This document shows, in pieces, positions 61,165-64,000 of a stretch of DNA of 64,000 nt. The notes beneath the pieces were generated by a model. The model saw nothing but the letters and a program-made list of their open reading frames with translations. It did not search any database and was not told where the DNA came from. Origin of the DNA: Fibrobacterota bacterium (lineage in GTDB: Bacteria > Fibrobacterota > Chitinivibrionia > Chitinivibrionales > Chitinivibrionaceae); the NCBI GenBank assembly GCA_051745755.1, contig JBNJEI010000006.1:1-64000 (forward strand), in the 5' to 3' direction. The position numbers and the translations under genes were made by a program. Positions within the stretch are counted from its first letter, which is position 1. Each line of letters starts with the position of its first letter.

Positions 61165-62009
61165 TCGTCCTCCTCCAGATTAAATCGGCGTATAATGGTT
61201 TTGTACGATTCCTCTACATGAATCAGGGCGCGGGAGAAATCGTCCCGGGACAAAGGAAAAAACTGAATATAATCCTGTTCCAGATAATAGGAGAAATTGT
61301 CTATTCCTGTACCGGAGCCCGATATCATTGAAGTAATATCTCCCAGGTGCACAGCGTAGACCAATTTCCTGTAGTGCAGGGTTGCCTGTGACGGATCATG
61401 GTGAAAGCAGATTGCTTCCCGTAGTGACAGAGGGAGATTCCAGGCCTGGGAAATAATACAGCCCACTTCACTGTGTGATATTCCTGTGATATCCCTTTCT
61501 TTTTCCTCAAAATTAACAGCGCGGGATAATTCTTCCTGCCGGTGAATCAGATATTTCGACAAAACACGTTTGCCGATATCATGGAGCAGACCTCCTGTAT
61601 AGGCGATTTTGGCCTGTTCTTTGTTCTCATCAAAGGTATTCATAAAATATTTTGAATAGAGTGCGGTCTTCAGTGAATGTTTCCACAGGGAGTCATGGGC
61701 GGAAACATAGCCGGGAAGATCCCCGTATATATGGCCTTCTCCAGAAAGTACGATGGTAAGAATTGTGGCGTCTCCCATATAAAAAACGGCATCTTCCACG
61801 GTTTCTATTTTTTTCCCCGCACCGATGGAAAAAAGGTTTGCCTGCTTCAGGACCTTCAGGGACAGTGCTGAATCTGTCCGAATCAGCTGTGAGACGTCTT
61901 TCAGGGAATGGTGTGTATCATTCAGTATATTGATAAGCTGTACGGCAATCCGTGAAATAGGAGGGAGCGATTGTGCTGTTTCAATTATTTCTTTTTTTAT
62001 TTCATACAT
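61161..62009 (-). CDS. HDOD-domain signalling protein
   Basis: An HD-related region, ...GLLHDIGKRVL..., sits in an HDOD-type context. The RBS is AAGGAAGG. The track ORF is extended upstream. Confidence 0.65.
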   Translation of the reverse strand: MYEIKKEIIETAQSLPPISRIAVQLINILNDTHHSLKDVSQLIRTDSALSLKVLKQANLFSIGAGKKIETVEDAVFYMGDATILTIVLSGEGHIYGDLPGYVSAHDSLWKHSLKTALYSKYFMNTFDENKEQAKIAYTGGLLHDIGKRVLSKYLIHRQEELSRAVNFEEKERDITGISHSEVGCIISQAWNLPLSLREAICFHHDPSQATLHYRKLVYAVHLGDITSMISGSGTGIDNFSYYLEQDYIQFFPLSRDDFSRALIHVEESYKTIIRRFNLEEDE

Positions 62010-62022
62010 AACAGGGCCTTCC

Positions 62023-62520
62023 TTATAATTTCCAGTCTTTTTTCCCCGGGCTTTTGATATGCGCAATCCCCGTACTTTGTTCCAGAGTTACGGTGCGGCT
62101 GAATCGTTTTCCCGTATCCTCCGCCTTTACCGTAAGATTCTCTTTCCATAACGCCTTTTTCAGGGCAAGGGTGTTTCGTTTGCCGATATTGAAGGTGTTA
62201 TTGCCGTCGGATATACTGGCACCGCCGCAGAGCTTTACTATAAGCCGCTGGTTTCTCGAGAGAGAATTGTTTGTTACCTGCCTCATACGTGTGAGAAGCG
62301 CGGGCACTGCCGTATCAGCAAAATATCCAGGCAGAGTTGCAGCCTTTGAGGGGCTTATGGATGATTCAGGCAGTGCCACATGGGCCATGCTGATGCATTT
62401 TTGTGCCGGGTCAAGAATCATTAGGGCAACACAGGAGCCAAGAGCAAAGGTTTTTAATATGCCGCCGGGCGTATTTGTTGCATCAAGGTCTCCCACCCGG
62501 ATTATAATGTTTGAACTCAT
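62023..62520 (-). CDS. cheD: Chemoreceptor glutamine deamidase CheD
   Basis: ILKTFALGSCVAL, with the catalytic Cys. Confidence 0.8.
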   Translation of the reverse strand: MSSNIIIRVGDLDATNTPGGILKTFALGSCVALMILDPAQKCISMAHVALPESSISPSKAATLPGYFADTAVPALLTRMRQVTNNSLSRNQRLIVKLCGGASISDGNNTFNIGKRNTLALKKALWKENLTVKAEDTGKRFSRTVTLEQSTGIAHIKSPGKKDWKL

Positions 62521-62537
62521 AGCATATCCCCGGTGGT

Positions 62538-63377
62538 TCAGCCGTGAAGCGGTTTTTTGTAGATGGCAGACTGTACGGTGGAGAATCCATGGGTAAGACC
62601 GCTTAATGATTCAGAATGTCCGGTGAACAAATATCCCCCGGGACGAAGTTGATCATAGAGCTTCTGAACCAGTCTGTTTTTTGTGTCCCGGTCAAAATAA
62701 ATCATGACATTACGACAGCTGATTAAGTCAAAATTTCCCCGCAGGGGGAATGACGTATCAATAAGATTGAGGGTTTTAAAGAGTACTTCCTTTTTGACAA
62801 AATCCTTTATCCGGTAGGAATCTGTATCAATTTTATCAAAATAGGAATGCAGCAGATAGGGAGGAATTGTTTTTATTCTGTCTGCTGTGTACACACCGTT
62901 TTGTGCCTTTCCCAGAGCATTTTGGCTGATGTCGGTGGCCAGAAGGCCGGCGTGCCAGTTTCTGTAGTCTCTTCCGAAAAATTCCAGTATCTCCATCATC
63001 AGGGAATAGGGTTCCTCTCCCGTTGATGCAGCGGCACACCAGAATCGTACCGTGGAAGAGTTTTTCCGGCGGTGATAGGATTTTACTTCGGGAAGGAGTA
63101 CATCCTTAAGAAATTCAAAATGCTTAATTTCCCGAAAGAAAAAGGTGTGATTTGTGGAGATTTTGTTTATGAGCTCCGTAAGGGCTTCGGGATTTTTCCT
63201 GTTTTCCACATGGGTAATGTATTCAGAGAAACTTTTAAATTTGTATTTTCGCAACAGGCTTTGCAGTCTGCTGTTTACCAGGGTCTTTTTCTTTTCCGTA
63301 AGATTGATGCCGAATTTGGCATATACTATTCGGGAAATTCTGGTAAATTCTTCATCCGTGGCGGTGATCATTTTCAT
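62538..63377 (-). CDS. cheR: Chemotaxis protein methyltransferase CheR
   Basis: 279 aa. The N-terminal helical domain is followed by the SAM-MTase FFRE...[14 protein letters not shown]. Confidence 0.85.
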   Translation of the reverse strand: MKMITATDEEFTRISRIVYAKFGINLTEKKKTLVNSRLQSLLRKYKFKSFSEYITHVENRKNPEALTELINKISTNHTFFFREIKHFEFLKDVLLPEVKSYHRRKNSSTVRFWCAAASTGEEPYSLMMEILEFFGRDYRNWHAGLLATDISQNALGKAQNGVYTADRIKTIPPYLLHSYFDKIDTDSYRIKDFVKKEVLFKTLNLIDTSFPLRGNFDLISCRNVMIYFDRDTKNRLVQKLYDQLRPGGYLFTGHSESLSGLTHGFSTVQSAIYKKPLHG

Positions 63378-63401
63378 GGCAGAATCCGGATTGTAAAATG
63401 A

Positions 63402-64000
63402 TTAGAAGGGTACTGATTTTCTTTTGTTTTGCTCTGACATCTCATCGGCAATTTCCATAAGGCTGCGGATATCGAGTATCAGTGATACGGAACCATCGCC
63501 GAGAATGGTACATCCCGATGTACCGCGGGCTTTTCCCAGATATTCGGAGAGTCCCTTAATTACGGTTTGCTGCTGTCCAATTATTTCATCCGCCAGGAGT
63601 GCGATCTGTTGTGCACCCTGTTCAACAATAATGACGATCCCCTGGGTTGTATCCTGAATGGCATCCTTTTGTCGGAGTACCGCGCCGAGTTTGATTATGG
63701 GGAGAAATCCATTATCAATATTGAGTATCTCATTTCCTTCAGGGGAATAATTAATCATATCCTGCGTACAGGTTATGCTTCGTTTTATGGAGAGGGTTGG
63801 GATGGTATATTTGTTATCACCGATGCGAATGAGCATTCCGTCAATAATCGCAAGGGTAAGAGGGATGCGAATAATAAAGGCACTGCCCTTTCCCGGAGTG
63901 GAGCGGATATCAATTTCACCGCTCATTTTCTCAATATTTTTTTTCACCACATCCATACCGACTCCGCGTCCGGAAACATCTGAAATGCTCTCGGCGGTGG
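63402..64000 (-). CDS. cheA: Chemotaxis histidine kinase CheA: HATPase C-terminus plus CheW-like P5 domain. The 5' part runs off the window end.
   Basis: The in-frame upstream sequence reads ...SGRGVGMDVVKKNIEKMSGEIDIRSTPGKGSAFIIRIPLTLAI..., and the reading frame remains open to position 64000. Confidence 0.8.
   Translation of the reverse strand, partial: TAESISDVSGRGVGMDVVKKNIEKMSGEIDIRSTPGKGSAFIIRIPLTLAIIDGMLIRIGDNKYTIPTLSIKRSITCTQDMINYSPEGNEILNIDNGFLPIIKLGAVLRQKDAIQDTTQGIVIIVEQGAQQIALLADEIIGQQQTVIKGLSEYLGKARGTSGCTILGDGSVSLILDIRSLMEIADEMSEQNKRKSVPF

Overview
The window reads as a mostly core chromosomal segment of a diderm, motile, probably anaerobic bacterium. Supporting this are LptF/G, an LpxL-like acyltransferase and OmpA-family outer-membrane proteins (diderm), a complete rnfCDGEAB operon (anaerobic), and a che cluster (motile). 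Minus-strand coordinates below include the stop codon at the low end. The layout, start to end:

- **1-2.8 kb:** LpxL-like acyltransferase (5' part, runs off the window), a GNAT acetyltransferase and MgtE.
- **2.9-7.6 kb:** a single-polypeptide LptF-LptG fusion, a receiver protein and a TM-GAF-GGDEF diguanylate cyclase.
- **7.6-8.2 kb:** a 600-nt gene-free region where two genes converge.
- **8.2-9.5 kb:** a lipoprotein, an isolated initiator tRNA-fMet behind a strong promoter, and rpsT.
- **9.6-14 kb:** two tandem UbiA-family prenyltransferases, a secreted helical-repeat protein, a 2x[4Fe-4S] ferredoxin and a PhoH-like ATPase.
- **15-21.9 kb:** an M50 site-2-type protease, secF-secD, argJ, a LysM protein and a 288-aa sigma-70-family factor.
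- **22-25.3 kb:** a + strand run of lipoprotein, CDP-alcohol phosphatidyltransferase, HAD-IIA hydrolase, then an EncFtn-like ferritin cargo gene and a family-1 encapsulin shell gene.
- **25.3-30.6 kb:** rnfCDGEAB on the minus strand.
- **30.6-33.5 kb:** a DJ-1/PfpI protein, a STAS anti-sigma antagonist and a ComEC-family protein.
- **33.5-36.7 kb:** a CheY-like receiver and polA.
- **36.7-56.2 kb:** about 20 consecutive, tightly packed minus-strand genes: GT2 glycosyltransferase, PlsC, a small DMT-like membrane protein, a DsrE-like protein, a PAS hybrid histidine kinase, a CheB-CheR-PAS fusion whose linker is encoded by a 21-nt periodic repeat, flavodoxin, malQ, a class-V aminotransferase, an NSS transporter with a small single-TM partner, truB, a DHH phosphoesterase, rbfA, infB, nusA and rimP.
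- **56.5-60.3 kb:** two OmpA-family outer-membrane proteins, one carrying three Ig-like repeats.
- **60.3-64 kb:** a che cluster, cheX-cheY-HDOD-cheD-cheR-cheA, with cheA running past the window end.

There are no CRISPR arrays, rRNAs, integrases or transposases. The most system-like element is the EncFtn-encapsulin pair. It is probably unannotated in this organism, but it belongs to a known family. Other findings are an LptF-LptG fusion, the tandem UbiA pair, a CheBR-PAS protein split from its kinase, and the empty 600-nt region.
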